Of a stretch of 64,000 nt of DNA, positions 13,471 to 27,541 are shown in pieces. The stretch is from assembly GCF_009914755.1 (NCBI RefSeq), contig NC_060937.1, one strand, 5' to 3'. The notes beneath the pieces are model-generated. The model did not search any database. It was given only the letters and a program-made list of their open reading frames with translations, and was not told where the DNA came from. The translations under genes were made by a program, and so were the position numbers. The DNA comes from the human T2T-CHM13v2.0 reference genome, Homo sapiens. Position 1 is the stretch's first letter. The number at the start of each line of letters is the position of its first letter.

Positions 13471-15287
13471 TCCCTGTGAATGAATTATTACATCAGGTTG
13501 CAATGTGAATGAATTATTGTATAAAAGGGATATGCTCAGTAAATCTATCTAAAAATTATTGACACTTTAGTGCCCTCAGAAATGTTTAGAAACAATACAA
13601 ACAGAAACCAGTTAGATTTGCAACAATCAGAATTTTCTTAGCTAAATTTAACCAAGGAGAGGAAAAACATAAATTAGTAAATATGACCAATAAAACATTA
13701 ATATGTCAGTAGAATGCGTTTTGCATAGGCAAATCTAGTGTCAACTTCAGGTAAGTTTAAGCTAAGTGATCATTATCACATTGTAAGCGTACAAAAGCAA
13801 GGACTCACCTCAGGAATAATAGAAGAAATTACAACAGAAAAACTCAATCTATCATCTGAAGGCCTAAACAACAACTATTTAGTATGATACCATCCCTGAC
13901 TTATTCACCCGTTACAAATTCACTCAATTGTTAGGGATTAGAAACAATCTTATCATTAGTTTGAAGCTATTTAGTGTGTTTATATGTGTGATATAAATTT
14001 TGACTTAATGAAAGGCTCATCCACTAATAGCAGCCACAAATATTACACAAAATATATGTTAAGTGTCTATTAATCTTCAGTACTACACTAGGTACAATTG
14101 AAGATATGGAGTGGTAGAATATATACTTTCTATACACAAGATATGAAAAATCTCAATGTTCAAAAAAGCAATTTCAGAACAAACAAGTAGAAAACAAACA
14201 AGTATGAGCATGACAAGTATTCTTGTATTAAGCATGTGTGACTGACTCAATTTCTAATGGTAAGATTCTCAGAAAAAAGAGAATGTTAGTGGCATTGTAA
14301 GATAGTTGCCTCTTTTTTAAAAAATGAGCAAATTTGTCTGCATGATCTATGAATAATATAGCATAAAATTTTAGCATGTATTTAAAAATGAATAAGTTGA
14401 AGGGAATGTTTATAGATTCATGAATCCAAAGTCTTAAATATGAGTCTGACTATAATCCTTTTAAGCTTAATAAACATGAACAAGTTATTCAGTTTCATTA
14501 GTTTTAATTCCTTTATGTATAATATAATTTTATTTTATTCCTCAAAACATTATATTAAAATGAGATCAAATATTTAAAAATATTTTGTACATGTTTAAAT
14601 CATGTATCATTGTTTAAAAATATTGTTCAAAGTTTACAAATTCTATTTAAGATGAACAATAATAGATAATAAAAACAATGTGTTTTTATTTTATCAGATT
14701 TATTGAACTCATTAATTCCTAATTATAATTAGATATCTTTAGAATTACATATTTAAAAAAAAACATACTAATAGAATTCTTACTAATAAAAACATAAGAA
14801 GGAAATTTGGCTAAGTATAAGCTAACTTTCCATGTAAAATATTCATAGGGGTGTTGTTTATAAAAATAATCAATTAATTATACCTCCTGTATGACATTGT
14901 CCATACGGTGAGTTATGATCACAATACACAGACAACAGTGAGATTCTAATCATCAGTAAAATAAAGTATGTTTTTAATAGCATCTCTGAACTGTTTTAGA
15001 AATGGCCAAAGTAACGCTAACTGGTAAATATTATTTTATGTGATACTTTCTAATATTTTTAGTCTACCCTGTCAACTGATAAGTGAAATTACTTCATGAA
15101 CCAATAATACAGCAAATTGCTTTTAGACTTCTGGTATCCAGATTATCTGCTGAAAAAGTCTGTTTATTTTCTTTCCTTAGCCCTTCCCTCTTTAAATTCT
15201 CCACCTTTTTGTGGCTTTTGCTTCTAAATTTGTATAGATACTTTATATGTCTATGAACATTTTGCTAGTATTTCAAATCACCTCAAT

Positions 15288-15517
15288 ATGTTTATCAGTT
15301 TTTAAAATAGCATCAGTGATTTCCTACTACACATCTATATGCAATGTTTTACAAACAAGTTCATGATTTCATATTGATGTTTATCAGCTTTTAAAATAAC
15401 ATCAGTGACTTCCTACTACATATATATCCAACGTCTTATGCATATATATGCATATGTATATATATACACACGCACATATATGCAATGTTTTACAAACAAG
15501 TTTATGATTTCATATTT
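15288..15517. repeat. Tandem duplication (89-bp unit; second copy carries an internal ~52-bp TA/CA-rich insertion)
   Basis: atgtttatcag...catcagtga.ttcctactaca...tatatgcaatgttttacaaacaagtt.atgatttcatatt occurs at 15288-15376 and 15377-15517. Confidence 0.9.
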
Positions 15518-15567
15518 GGCCCACCTAACCTCTTATCCTGTCCTCAAAGACAAGAAAAATAAAAGCA

Positions 15568-15920
15568 AGCCTGGCGCAGTGGCTCACGCCTGTAATCCCA
15601 GCACTTTGGGAGTGTTCAGGGTGGATCACCTGAGGTCGGGAGTTCGAGATCAGCCTGACCAACATGGAGAAACCCCGTCTCTACTAAAAAAAAAAAAAAA
15701 AAAAAAAATACAAAATTAGCCAGGCTTGGTGGCGAATGCTTGTAATCCTAGCTACTCAGGAGTCTGAGGCAGGAGAATTGCCTGAACCTGGGAGGCGGAG
15801 GTTGTGGTGAGCCAAGATCACACCATTGCACTCCAGCCTGAGCAACAAGAGCGAAACTCCGTCTCAAAATAAAATAAAATAAAATAAAATAAAATAAAAT
15901 AAAATAAAATAAAATAAAAT
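15568..15920 (+). mobile_element. AluSp-like element with expanded A23 linker and (AAAAT)11 tail
   Basis: Diagnostics ggtcgggagttcgag..cagcctgaccaacatggagaaacc and caacaagagcgaaactcc. TSD aaaataaaagcaa on both sides. Confidence 0.93.
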
Positions 15921-16486
15921 AAAAGCAAATACTTGAAGTTGATTAGCAATGAATATTATCGTTGTTTAGTTTTACAAAGTACAAAATATTTGAATTAGAA
16001 TAAGGGACTCTAATCTTTTAAAACATGAGTATCACATGATAACATAATAAAGATTTTGAACAAACTTTGTTAGAGAAGCAAATTACACATATATTATAAT
16101 TAGAAGAAAAATCTTGAGGTGGATAGAGGGAATACAGTTCCCATTCATAATAAATGTATGTAATTATACTGTTTTTACACACACACACAGGAGAAGAGAG
16201 AGAGAGAGAGAGAAGCAAATATTAGAGAAAAGCCAGATCCAAGAACAAAATCTTGAACTTAGGATTCTGAAGTTCCATTTTACCAAAGGCACAGGGCAAT
16301 GTGAAATGGTAAAACATATACTTTAATTCCTACCCTTAAGGTATGTGAGAAATACTTTCAAAAGCATGTCTTAAACTTTGGTTTGTTGTCATTAAATGTT
16401 CTTTATTACCACTGGATCATCACAACTCATTAAAGTAAGTGTAAGGCAAATATAACCTTAATAGAAGGTGAAAGTTTTATACCTGT

Positions 16487-16857
16487 TGCTATGTACTGAA
16501 TTGTGTCCCCTCAAAATTCATATGTTGAAGCGTTAACCTCAAGGTGAGTGTTTTTAGAGAAAGAGCCTTTAAGGAGACAATTAATACTAAATGAGGTATT
16601 AATGCAATAAGACTGATGTTTATATAGGAAGAGGAAGAGAGAGATCTCTCTCTGTTTGTTTCTTCAGAGGAAAGGCCATGTGAGAACACAGTGAGAAGGA
16701 GGCTGTCTGCAAGCCAGGAAGAAAGCCCTCACCAGCAACTAAATTTGCAGGCACCTTGATCTTGGATTTTAGCTTTCAGAACTGTGACAAAATACATTTC
16801 TGATGTTTAAGCCACCCAGTCTATAAGATTTTATGTAAGCTGAAGCACACTAATACA
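16487..16857 (+). mobile_element. MLT1A-like MaLR solo LTR
   Basis: tgctatgtactgaattgtgtcccctcaaaattcatatgttgaag...ggcaccttgatcttggattttagctttcagaactgtga...ctaataca. Confidence 0.85.
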
Positions 16858-18837
16858 TCTGATTTACAACAATCTAAGCAAAAAGTATGTTTTTATGTTA
16901 AAATTTATCTTTTACTCTATGTGTATTGTTAGCTATCTTTGAAGATTTTTCTCCAGCTTTGCAATGTAATTACTAAAATGTTTTTATTCCACTCTAGTGA
17001 AATGTCTTCAAGACCTTCTATAACATTCATGGTAATTCTCAGTACTTAGTCTTATGTAGTTGTATTGGCATTTTGTATATGTTGTAATTATTCACTTTTA
17101 TTTTTGTTTTTTCTCATATATTCTAATCAGTACTCAGAGATACTGAAATGATAAGATATTTAGTAGTTATATTTTAACTAGAGAAACTAAAATACTAGGA
17201 AATGTTCTAAACCCAAGTCTTGGTCTAGGAAGCAAATAGAATAGAAAGCTCTAAATACAAAGGATGTCAAGTACAGAGAATTAAAACAAAATATTAAGGT
17301 CTGAAAACATATGTCGTTTGCTTCTCATTTTTTTCTCCTAGGAGAATTTGGTGTTGAATGAATTCTGAATAGAGTGTATATGAAAAAAAAACATAAGAAA
17401 TAAAAAAATTTTGCATTTTTCATGATTGGTAAAACCTGGACTTCAGCTTGCAAAACTTCTTTTATATTTGAATTTATGATTTTTTTTTGCTCTCCATGAT
17501 TCTTAAGAATAAATAGTCTTAATACTGTGGAAGCACTGAATGAATGAATTCATCTGTATTTCTTTGTTTCAGTTGTCACTTTCTCAATACAAATATTCAT
17601 GTTCAGTGTCTATTGGATGATGCAAAAAACAGATTCAGTTGTTCTTGCAACAGAAAATGTCTTTCCATAAGGTTCCTCTCTGGACACCTGAATTCCAACA
17701 TCTTGCATTCATTTCAACTTAACTGTCAGTAATAATTCTTTCTCACTAATATTTTAATAATTTATTTAGGCTGATATTCTCTTTTCTTGAGCTATGAACC
17801 TTGCCTTGAAATTGTTTTATGTATTGTACATAATAAGCAATTAGTTAGTTATTAATAATATGTTGAAAAGCTCAAATTACATATGAAAACTGTAATAAAC
17901 AACGCAATAATTTATACTTAGATTTGTCTCAAAAAACAGATTCATGAAACACTCAAGTGTCACCCAGTCAATGTTATTCTGAAAAAAAAATTCTTTTTCT
18001 GAAAGAATATCATTTTTATAGCATCTATCTCTTACTCCGGGGACTTTTATAAAAGCAAGAAGTAGGATGACCTTGTTTACTGGGTAAAAACTGGCATGGT
18101 CATAAAAAAGAGTAAAATGACTTCACTTCTATTCTTCTATGAAGAATAATAGTCTGTGCTATTAAAGCACTCATCTAAAAAATACATTAAATTAAAATAT
18201 TATAAGAAAAATCATTAAATATGTATGTTATCTTCATAGGTAAACATATATGCATAAATGTATCACATTGATATATATGTACATGAATGTATACTATATA
18301 TACATATAAATATACATACAAAAGAAGAATCAAAACTCTGAAACTTAAATATGCCAAAATGATGAAATTTTAAAAGCCAAATTGTAATAAGTTTCAGCAT
18401 GTATTGCTGTGAATTAAGTTGTGTTTCATGTTCCCTGTTTTTTCAATATTTTATATAGCACCATATAAAAAATCAAATTCAATTTTTCAAATATAGTTAC
18501 TGGTTCAAAAAAATTCCATACTCACAAGGTAAAGACTACTAATAAAGTTCAGTCATCTGTTTAAAATCTAACTATACATTGATAAGCAATTGTTTTCAAA
18601 AATCCTTTACATTGCAAGATGCAGCCAGTTATTAAATGCCCAATGTATGCCAAATATTGGAGATGAAAATCTTAAGGAACTTACAACATATTAGGGCAAA
18701 AAGACACATACCTCTAAATGATCTAAATGAAATATTATCAATTCTAGAAAGGGTGTTAAAACAGAGTGCTGTAAGAACCCTGAGGAAGAGCACCAGTAGT
18801 AGACAAGGAAGTCTTTCTTAGGAAAGTGAATCTTGAG

Positions 18838-19136
18838 TTTTTGTTTTATTTCGTTTTGTTTTCAGATAAAGGACCTTGCTCTGCTGTCCAGGCAGGAGTG
18901 CAGTGGTGTGATCACAGATTACTGTAACCTTGAATTCCTGGGCTCAGGCGATCCTCCTGCCTCAGCCTCCTGAGTAGCTGGGGCTACAGGCATGCATGTA
19001 TATTGTTTAATATTTTTGTAGAGATGGGTACTTGCTACATTGCTCTGGCTGATCTCAAACTCCTGGCCTCAAGCAGTCCTCTTGTCTCAGCCTCTCCAAG
19101 TGCAGAGATTGCAGGCCTGAGCCAGTGCACTCGGCC
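18838..19136 (-). mobile_element. AluJ-type element (old, diverged)
   Basis: Reverse Alu with J-type features (ctcctggcctcaagcagtcctc, ttgctacattgc) and heavy CpG decay. Confidence 0.85.
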
Positions 19137-20386
19137 CTGAGTTGAGCTTTTAATGGTAAACCAGGTGTTAATTAAGTGTATGCATGTCTGAGTATGAGGG
19201 CCAGAGCATGGAAGTAGATGCAGAAAGACTTGTCATGTGCTAAACTAGAATTTTCAAAAGGCTATATTGCTTTCTACAAGTAGTTTAATAACTACATTTA
19301 AAAAGGTTATAACTAAGAATAACATATATGATTCTAAGGATATGGTATGTTATTTACATGTAAATGATGTGCGCATTTCAAAGTCACTGAACATTAGGAT
19401 TTAATTTGTGTTTTTAAAAAATTTACTGAAGAGGGACGGCATCGTGAAGCATGAATACAGGTGGGAAAAGATGTCACAGGAGTTTGGCAATTTACATGGA
19501 GTCCGTTGCATAAAAATGATAAGGCCTAATCTAAAGGCAATAATATCGTACCCAGAAAGTGGAGATTTAAAACATTTTAAAGGTGCATATTTTTAAAATT
19601 TCTTGGTGACACAGGGAGTAAGAAAACAATAGCTGTTGAGAAAACCTTTATTTAAAGAGGAAACACATTTCTAGGCATTGTTACTGGACATGGAATAAGG
19701 ACAAAATATCATTCCACTCTCCTAAGAAATTGATCAATCAGACAAAATGGACATTTACTATTTAAATAGATCTTTATATTTCAGGCGTAATTTATTTATC
19801 TGCCCAATTTTATGTGTATTTTAACATATTCTGAGAGTAACGAACATTAGCATGAATGTATATTGCCATGAGGTGAAATCTAATGGTCAGGATAAAAATT
19901 CCATCTTTTATTTTTATAATAGATGAATAGTATAAGTGACTACTCATTGAAACAAGAGTTCAGGTTTTACTGTGATTAAATATTCATCACTCCCTAAATT
20001 CTCACCTCATATTTGCCATCTCTTATTCTTAGGCTTCTTTTGAAAAGAGTACAGCACTTATGCTGAATTGCGGCAAATTGAGAAGTTGTTTAATGGTTTG
20101 GAAAACCCGCACAGCTGAGTGAATTGAGAATAACACATTCATTATTATTTATGACTCTATTTCCAGGTCTTTTCAGGTCGGCTTATTGAATTCACTGAAT
20201 ATCTGGTTTTCCAGCTCAGCAAAGCCAATTTTATGATAGACAAACTCATAGAAATTAAAGAAAGCTAATTTTAATAGAAAAAGCTAAAACACCATCAATT
20301 TAGGATCATTTACTCTAAATGAAAACCCATTACTTATTAAGCTTTACCATTAAGAATCCCAAAGTTAAAACAAAAATCATCTAGAA

Positions 20387-20678
20387 CAGTGATTCCCTAG
20401 TGTTTCTGTGGATCATCCTTTGCATTGGTCTTCAATAGATTTTACTTGGAATAAATGTTTTCCAGAAAAGCCAGGGATTCCGCGAGTTAGAGTTAAGTTC
20501 ATTTTTAATTAAAATACTTGAGAGATGTTATGGAGACAATCTTCACTGTAAAATTTCAAAATGAGGATGTGGAGTAATGGGTTTATGGGTTTATAAACTA
20601 TTGTTTTGACATGAAATGCCTTTGTAATGAATACCTTCAAATAATATTTGCCCAGGGACAAAGCATTGGGAAATGCTT
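20387..20678. mobile_element. hAT-Charlie-type DNA transposon remnant (MER/Charlie MITE)
   Basis: Termini cagtgattccc ... tgggaaatgctt are imperfect TIRs. They are flanked by 8-bp atctagaa / atctaggg, matching the NTCTAGAN target preference of Charlie elements. Confidence 0.55.
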
Positions 20679-21692
20679 ATCTAGGGCAATTCACTGACCA
20701 CATTTCAGACACAAATTTAGAGGTAATAAGAGGGCTTCGTAATTCAGAACACCACATGTTTTGTTGTTGTTTTTGTAATTTATAGTTTTAGCAGAAAAAT
20801 GTGTCATTATTTTCTGAGGGAAACATTTTCTGACCTAAATTATCACGTTTAATCATTACACATATATTTAATTTGTGTTTAATCTGTCTAAATATTGGAC
20901 AATATTAACTCTAGGCTACTTCAAGTGCCAAAAGAACAGCAAGAGATAAACTGTAGAATTATTAGGTTTTGAATTTTGGGAAAACTGTACAGTAGGAATG
21001 GATAGCCTCAGAAGCATTATTTGATTAAAATCCAGGTGGAAATAAAAGCAAACAATTAAAGGTGTCCTTAACAGAGTCTATCACATAGTTTTCTTATATT
21101 ATAAAGTATTTTAAGTATTTTGAGAAAATAATATGTACTTTTAAATATAGATTTTCTGTTCCTAAATTCTATATATAATAATACATGACAATTTAAAAAG
21201 AGTAATCAAAACATTATCTTCCAATAAACCCTCTCTTCTAATTTTACTTTTGGCTTATCATTGATGAGCTCTGCCTCACCCACAATCAATATTTGTTTCA
21301 GTTACTGCAGCTCTTTTGTCACACCTGAGAATAAGAAAGCTATATGCAGCCATGTCCTTTAAACAACACTGGAAAAATAAACTAGTAATAGAATGTCTTT
21401 TATATAATGCTTTGTTTAAAAAACAAATTTTCAGTCAGTTGACACTTGATAATTATTTTTTAAATGTTCTTCAGAAAACATATTTTGCCTTATAATTTAT
21501 AATTAATTTGATTACTTAAAAATGTATTTATTAAATCATCATTTCATTCCAAATAAAGACATATTTACTTTAGTAAAAGAGAGGGTTTGTAAGTATATTA
21601 AAATATTTTAAATTATCACAATAGTACCTTTATTTTCCTATAATTCATTTATAATAAAGAAAAAAGCATATGTAATATTAACAAAATAATAA

Positions 21693-21913
21693 ATCGAACA
21701 ATGAGAACACGTGGACACAGGAAGGGGAACATCACACACTGGGGCCTGTTGTGGGGTGGGGGGAGGGGGGAGGGATAGCATTAGGAGATACACCTAATGT
21801 TAAATAACGAGTTAATGGGTGCAGCACACCAACATGAAACATGTATACATATGTAACTAACCTGCACGTTGTGCACATGTACCCTAAAACTTAAAGCATA
21901 ATAAAAAACAAAA
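21693..21913 (+). mobile_element. 5'-truncated L1PA 3'UTR fragment
   Basis: gaacaatgagaacacgtggacacaggaagggg...G-tract...gtaccctaaaacttaaagcataat plus an A tail. 13-bp TSD aacaaaataataa at 21680-21692 and 21914-21926. Confidence 0.93.
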
Positions 21914-23963
21914 AACAAAATAATAAGTTTTGATAATCAAATTTAAATAATTTTGGAAAAAATATTAAATATTCTGAATGTAGTATTCTTTTTAATCTCT
22001 TTTCTTGATTTTGATTAAATACTTGACTTTGGGTAATTTAACTAAGCCCCAATTTCTTTATGTGTTAAATAGATATCCAAAATACAGCAGACATATAGTG
22101 AAATATTTAGTGAAAAAATATGCAGAAAGCAGCATATTTAACTGCCAAATAAATTAAAAACATCATGTATATGGAAAATAATAAATATTGACATACACAA
22201 CATATATTTAAAAGGTATAATCTGTAGTTTAAAATATAAACATGGTAAAATCATTAATGGTGCAATAAATTATATTTAAAGACAATATTTGTTAGAGAAA
22301 AATGACATGGACATACATTTTTTTAGATGATGGTGATAATGAATGTTAAGAGGCTCAGTAAACAACAATTATGTAATTATAAATTTAAATGAAACATTTA
22401 TGGATTATTAAATTTTACTTAAATATTTTGGAAACAATTTTCTTCCAATTGCAATAAAATTAGGCCTTGTGGTTTAAATAATCTAACTTTCCCTTTAATG
22501 TATAATCTGAAAAATTGAGCTGTTCAATATCTGCGTTGTTATTTATTTTGTGAGTATCATGATGATAGCTTATATTTCAACACGTGTTAAATGTTAGGAC
22601 ATAAATGTCAAAAGATAATTTTTTTTTTGTTTGAAAGCTTGTTCTCACACATGAATAAAATGCTGTTTTAGAGTTTGGATTTTCAAATTTGATTTTACAC
22701 GTATCAGTGATTAATGAGCTTTACAATGTTACCTAAAATACAGTCTACTTTAATTCTCAGAGCCTCAATTCCTACCTGAAAAAAGTAGTATAGTACAAGT
22801 TTTGAAGATCTTTCCTGCAATCATAATCCATGAAAGTAAGGAGGGTACACAGTTCAGTATGGCATCACGTAGTAATTCACTCACTTTTTAATTATGAAAA
22901 AATCAATTCTAAGCAGACCTGAATTGGCCTGATAAGGAAGCTAACGGCAGCTAGAAAATATCGGGGGTGAACTTCACTTCAAATCAACAAATATAAAAAT
23001 GTTGTATAAATTATTGGTTGTAATATAAAAGAAAAAAAGGGGGAAAGTAATGTATCCATTAATAAATTCTACCTGAGGAAGTTAAGTGACAGAAGCCTAA
23101 AATAATTTTCTGATAATAGCCGATCCTTACTGTTTACAGTAACTTAAAATTTATCATATGGAAAGTAAATAAAATTTCTTCCAATTTATTCAGAGTATTA
23201 AATTAGAAATTTTGATTTATATGTAGAAAATATTAATTTAATATGTGCACTATTTTCTTAATGTTTAGAATATAAAATCACTTGAAACTCAGCAGCAACA
23301 AGATTATTTCTAAGATACTATTTCTTAATTTGAAAGACTAATCCAATGAATTTTGAATATTTATGACCACATTCTAAACAAATATTTATCACTTTTAACA
23401 ATAGCAGTGTAGTTTTACTTTTTGAATATTATTAAAGTAAAAACTTTTATTTTGGGTGACCTCTAGGTCTCCTCCATTTAACTCCAATGGAAAAGTGTAT
23501 ATCTGTCTGGTTCTCTGAATAGTCACTGTGGAATTGCTCTTCTCTAGGACATTTTTGTTTCAGCTTTCAGAGTGTTTAAAATAATAAACTATATTTTTCT
23601 GATACTCTTAGAAATGAAAATCTTAGTAGTAACTGTTTCAACATATGTGTGAGAAAATTTAACCTACTTGTGGTCCCATCACATGGCTCTCTTCCCTCTA
23701 AGGAATATTTTAAATTACAGAAGTTGTAAACTAATTTTACACAGTTTATTTAGTTTTAAATTGTAGCATTTTCTGTCATTCAAAAGTTGTGAGTAATGAT
23801 TATTACAAAAAATACTACAATGGAAGGAAACTATAGCATACAAGAGATAATTTATTTGTCGAGCAAAAAGAGAGTTCTGCAGGGTGTTTTGTTTATTTGT
23901 TCTCCTTTAGTAAATTGATAGGTTTTAGACATTATAAAAATGTATGCTTTTAAGATGGGGAGG

Positions 23964-26869
23964 TGTCTCAGTTTGTGTTGCTATCAAAGAATACCTGAGA
24001 CTGTGTAATTTATAAATAAAATAGTTGTATTTCTCTCACTATTCTGCACACTTTACAAGAGGCATGGCATGAGCATCTGCTTTAGGTAAGTCTCAAGATG
24101 CTGCCACTCGTAGTGGAAGTTTAAGGGGAGCCAGCTGGTGCAGAGATCACACAGCAAGAGAGAGAAGCTGGGAGAGGTACCAGGCTCTTTTTAGCAACAT
24201 CTCTCCAGAGAACTAATAGAGCAATAACTCACTCATTACCATGAGGACAGCACCCAGACATTCATGAGGGATCTACCCCACGACCCAAACACTTCCCATT
24301 AGGCCTCAAGTCCAACATTGGGTAGCAAATTTCAACATGAGTTTTTGGGGGACAAACATCCAAACCATAGCATTTCTCTTCTTGTCCATCAAATCTTGTA
24401 TCTTTTCACATACAAAATATCATCATGCCACCCCAATTCTCCCTAAAAGTTTTAAATTGTTCCAGCCTCAACTCAAAAGTCAAGCCTCATTTGAGACTCA
24501 AGGCAAGTTACAGCTGTGATCCTACAAAATAAAAATATATATATATTATTTATTTCCAAGATACAATGGTTATGCAAGCATCGGGTAAACATTCCCATTC
24601 CAAAAGAGACAAATTGGCCCAAAGTAAGAGGTAACAGGCCAAATGCAAGTCCAAAATCAAGCAGGAGAGACATTAAATCTTGACACTCCAAAATCATCTC
24701 CTGTAACTCTATGTCCGGCACCTGGGGCACACTAGTGTGAGAGGTGAGAGGTGGGCTCTCATGGTCTCGTGGTTTTGCTTGGTGCAGCCCATGTGGCCGC
24801 TCTCAGGGATTGAAACTGACTGCTTGCAACTCTTCCAGGCTGAGGTGCAAACTGCCAGTGTCTCTATAATTCTAGGGTCTGGAGGGCAGTGTCTCTGCTC
24901 TCACAGTTCCACAGGGAAGTGTCCTAGCAGTTATTCTTTGTGGTGGCTCTGCCTAGACTCCCAGGCTTTCTGATACATCCTCTGAAATCTAGGTGGAAGC
25001 TGCCAAGCTTCCACCGCTTTTCCATTGTGGGCACTTGCAGACTTAACAAGATATGGAAGCTGCAAAGGCTTACCACTTGTGCCCTCCGGAACAATGGCCT
25101 AAGCAGTACCCAGGGTCCTTTAAACCACAGCTGGAGCAGCCTGGATATGGGGAGCAGTACTCCAAAGTGGCACAGGGAAGTGGTGCTCTGAGCCTGTCCC
25201 CCAAAACCATTCTGTCATTCTAGGCCTCTTGGCCTGTGATGGAAGGGGCTGCCTCCAGACTTTCTGAAATTACTTTTCCCACGATCTTGACTGTTAGCAC
25301 CTGGATCCCCTTTAGTCACGCTAATTTCTCTAGTAAGCGATTGCTCCACAGCATCCTTGGATTCTTCTTCTGAAACTGTTTTTTCCTTCTCTACCACATG
25401 ACCAGGCTCAAATTTTCCAAAATTTTATGCTCTGTTTCCCTTTTTACTATAAATTCCACCTTTAGTCATTCCTTGGCTGCTGATATGATTATAAGCTGTT
25501 AAATACAGCTATATCACTTCTTGAGCACTTTACTGCTTAGAAATTTCTTCCACAATCTACCCTACATCATTGATCTTAAGTTCAGCCTTCCAGAAAACCC
25601 CAGAACATGGACACAATTCGGCCAACTTTTTTTTTTTTTTTTCCTGTGGTGGAACAAGGGTGACCTTTGCTCCAGTTCCCAATAACTTCCTCATTTTCAC
25701 CTGAGACTTTGTCAGTATGGCTTTTCTTGTCTATATTTCTATCAGCATATTGGTCACAATCACTTGAGCAATCTCTAAGAAGTTCCAAAAATTTCCCTCA
25801 TCTTGCTTTATTTTTTAAGCCCTCCAAACTTTTCCAATCTTTGCCCGTTACCCAGTGCCAAGGCTGCTTCCACATTTTCAGGAATCTTTATAGCAACACT
25901 GACTCTCCGTATCAATTTTCTGCCTAAGTCTGTTTTGTGTTGCTATAAAGGACTACCTGAGGCTAGATAATTTATAATGAAAACAAGTTCATTTGTCTTA
26001 CAGCTCTGAAGTCTGCACAAAAAGCATGGCACCTACACCTGCCTCTGGTGAGAGCCTCTGTCTGCTTCCACTCATGGCAGAAGGTGAAGGTAAGCCAGCA
26101 TGTGCATAGATCACATGGTAAGAGAGGAAGCAAGACAGAGGGAGGATGTAAGTACATAGGGGGGACTCCAGGGATTACAGTAATTTAATAAACATGAGCA
26201 ATCGGCCTGTTTTACAGCCTCCTGCCCTACAGCCTCCTGTAGCTTGTTACTTTCTAAAGCTTGTATGACATAAAGTTACCTAGTTGGTTAAAACTAGTTT
26301 CTGACAGATCCCAGCAACTTATAGATGCACTGGAGTAAACTTTCCTCATTACCATGCCAAAGTCTCCACCCTGAGAGGAGTTATATCTTCATTACCATAA
26401 TACACAATCCATGTGCCAGCGTGATGACTCACTGTGTCTGTGCAACTAGGACCCCATCTCTACATGCAATGATGCACCCTCTCCCCTCTCTATCACCCCA
26501 TAAAACCCTCCCGTCACTTTCTCTTGGGGAGACACTCCTTTTGAGAATACTCCCAGTGGCCTCCTTACTTGTGCCAAGAATATATCTCCTATTGATCAAA
26601 ATCTGCATTCTCATGGAGAATCATTTGTTATTTGTCAGGAGAATAAAACGGGGATTTTTTGGTAACAGTGGGAGGGGCAAGGCTCTTTTTAACAACCGGC
26701 TCTTGTGTAACTAATAGAGTGGGAACTCACTCATTACCATAGGGACAGCACCAGCCATTCATGAGGGATCCTCCCCAATGACACAAACATCTTTCATTAG
26801 GCCCCACCTCCAACACTGGGGATTAAATTTCAACATGAGGTTTGAGGGATGAATGTCCAAACTACAGTA
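23964..26869 (-). mobile_element. Two-LTR MST (MSTB-like) MaLR provirus: LTR 23964-24372, internal region 24373-25920, LTR 25921-26869 (interrupted)
   Basis: Two homologous MST LTRs flank a non-coding MST internal region. Perfect 5-bp TSD GGAGG at 23959-23963 and 26870-26874. Confidence 0.9.
26147..26667 (+). mobile_element. ERV1/MER4-group-like solo LTR nested inside the MST LTR
   Basis: A ~520-bp block, tgtaagtacatagg...ttttggtaaca, with TG/CA ends and a cataaaa TATA-like box. MST sequence resumes collinearly on both sides. Confidence 0.7.
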
Positions 26870-27541
26870 GGAGGCATACACATCTTATTTCCTTATAAAA
26901 TTATCTATGCAGTTTAACTTTGAATAGACATCAATTCTTAGGAAATTATAACTTATTTTTACTCATATAGTGTTATTGTCAAAATAATTCCCTAAAATTA
27001 TAGGTCCAAATTCCTCCTTGCCGGAATGTGGACACTGAGGTCCAGTGAAACTTAATATACTTTCCATGATCAAATAGTGAACTAATGTTAGTCAAAAGTA
27101 GGATCCAAATAAACAGACATATCATCAGGTCTCCTGTCCTAGTAACATCTGCAAACACATATTTATGCCTTTAGTGGACATAAATAATTTTCCAATTATC
27201 TTTTCTAAATTCAATCCATACACTTGCACACAAAATACCACACACTGTAACATATTCAAAAAATATTTCAACAATTCTATTCTCTCTCTCTCAAATTAGG
27301 TATTAGAGGAACTTTGATATATTTATATTTTATAAATTTATCTGAGTGACAAGATGGATATTATGTTTTGTTTAAGTTTGCCTTCCCTTTGTCCATTCAA
27401 TAAGGGATTTTTAGTCAAGTCTGAATCAATATGCTCTAATAACTCTTTACAGCAGGGTTCTTAGCACCCACTGTTAGCTCCACTGCCACATAAAAGTATA
27501 AAGATTTCTCTCACATTCCAGACAAATAACATATCAACAGA

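Noticed and set aside
13475-13518. 15-bp direct repeat tgtgaatgaattatt with a 14-bp spacer
   Set aside because: Only two copies; a small local duplication, not an array.
26325-26714. 129-aa ORF
   Set aside because: Lies within a nested LTR, with no recognisable protein similarity.
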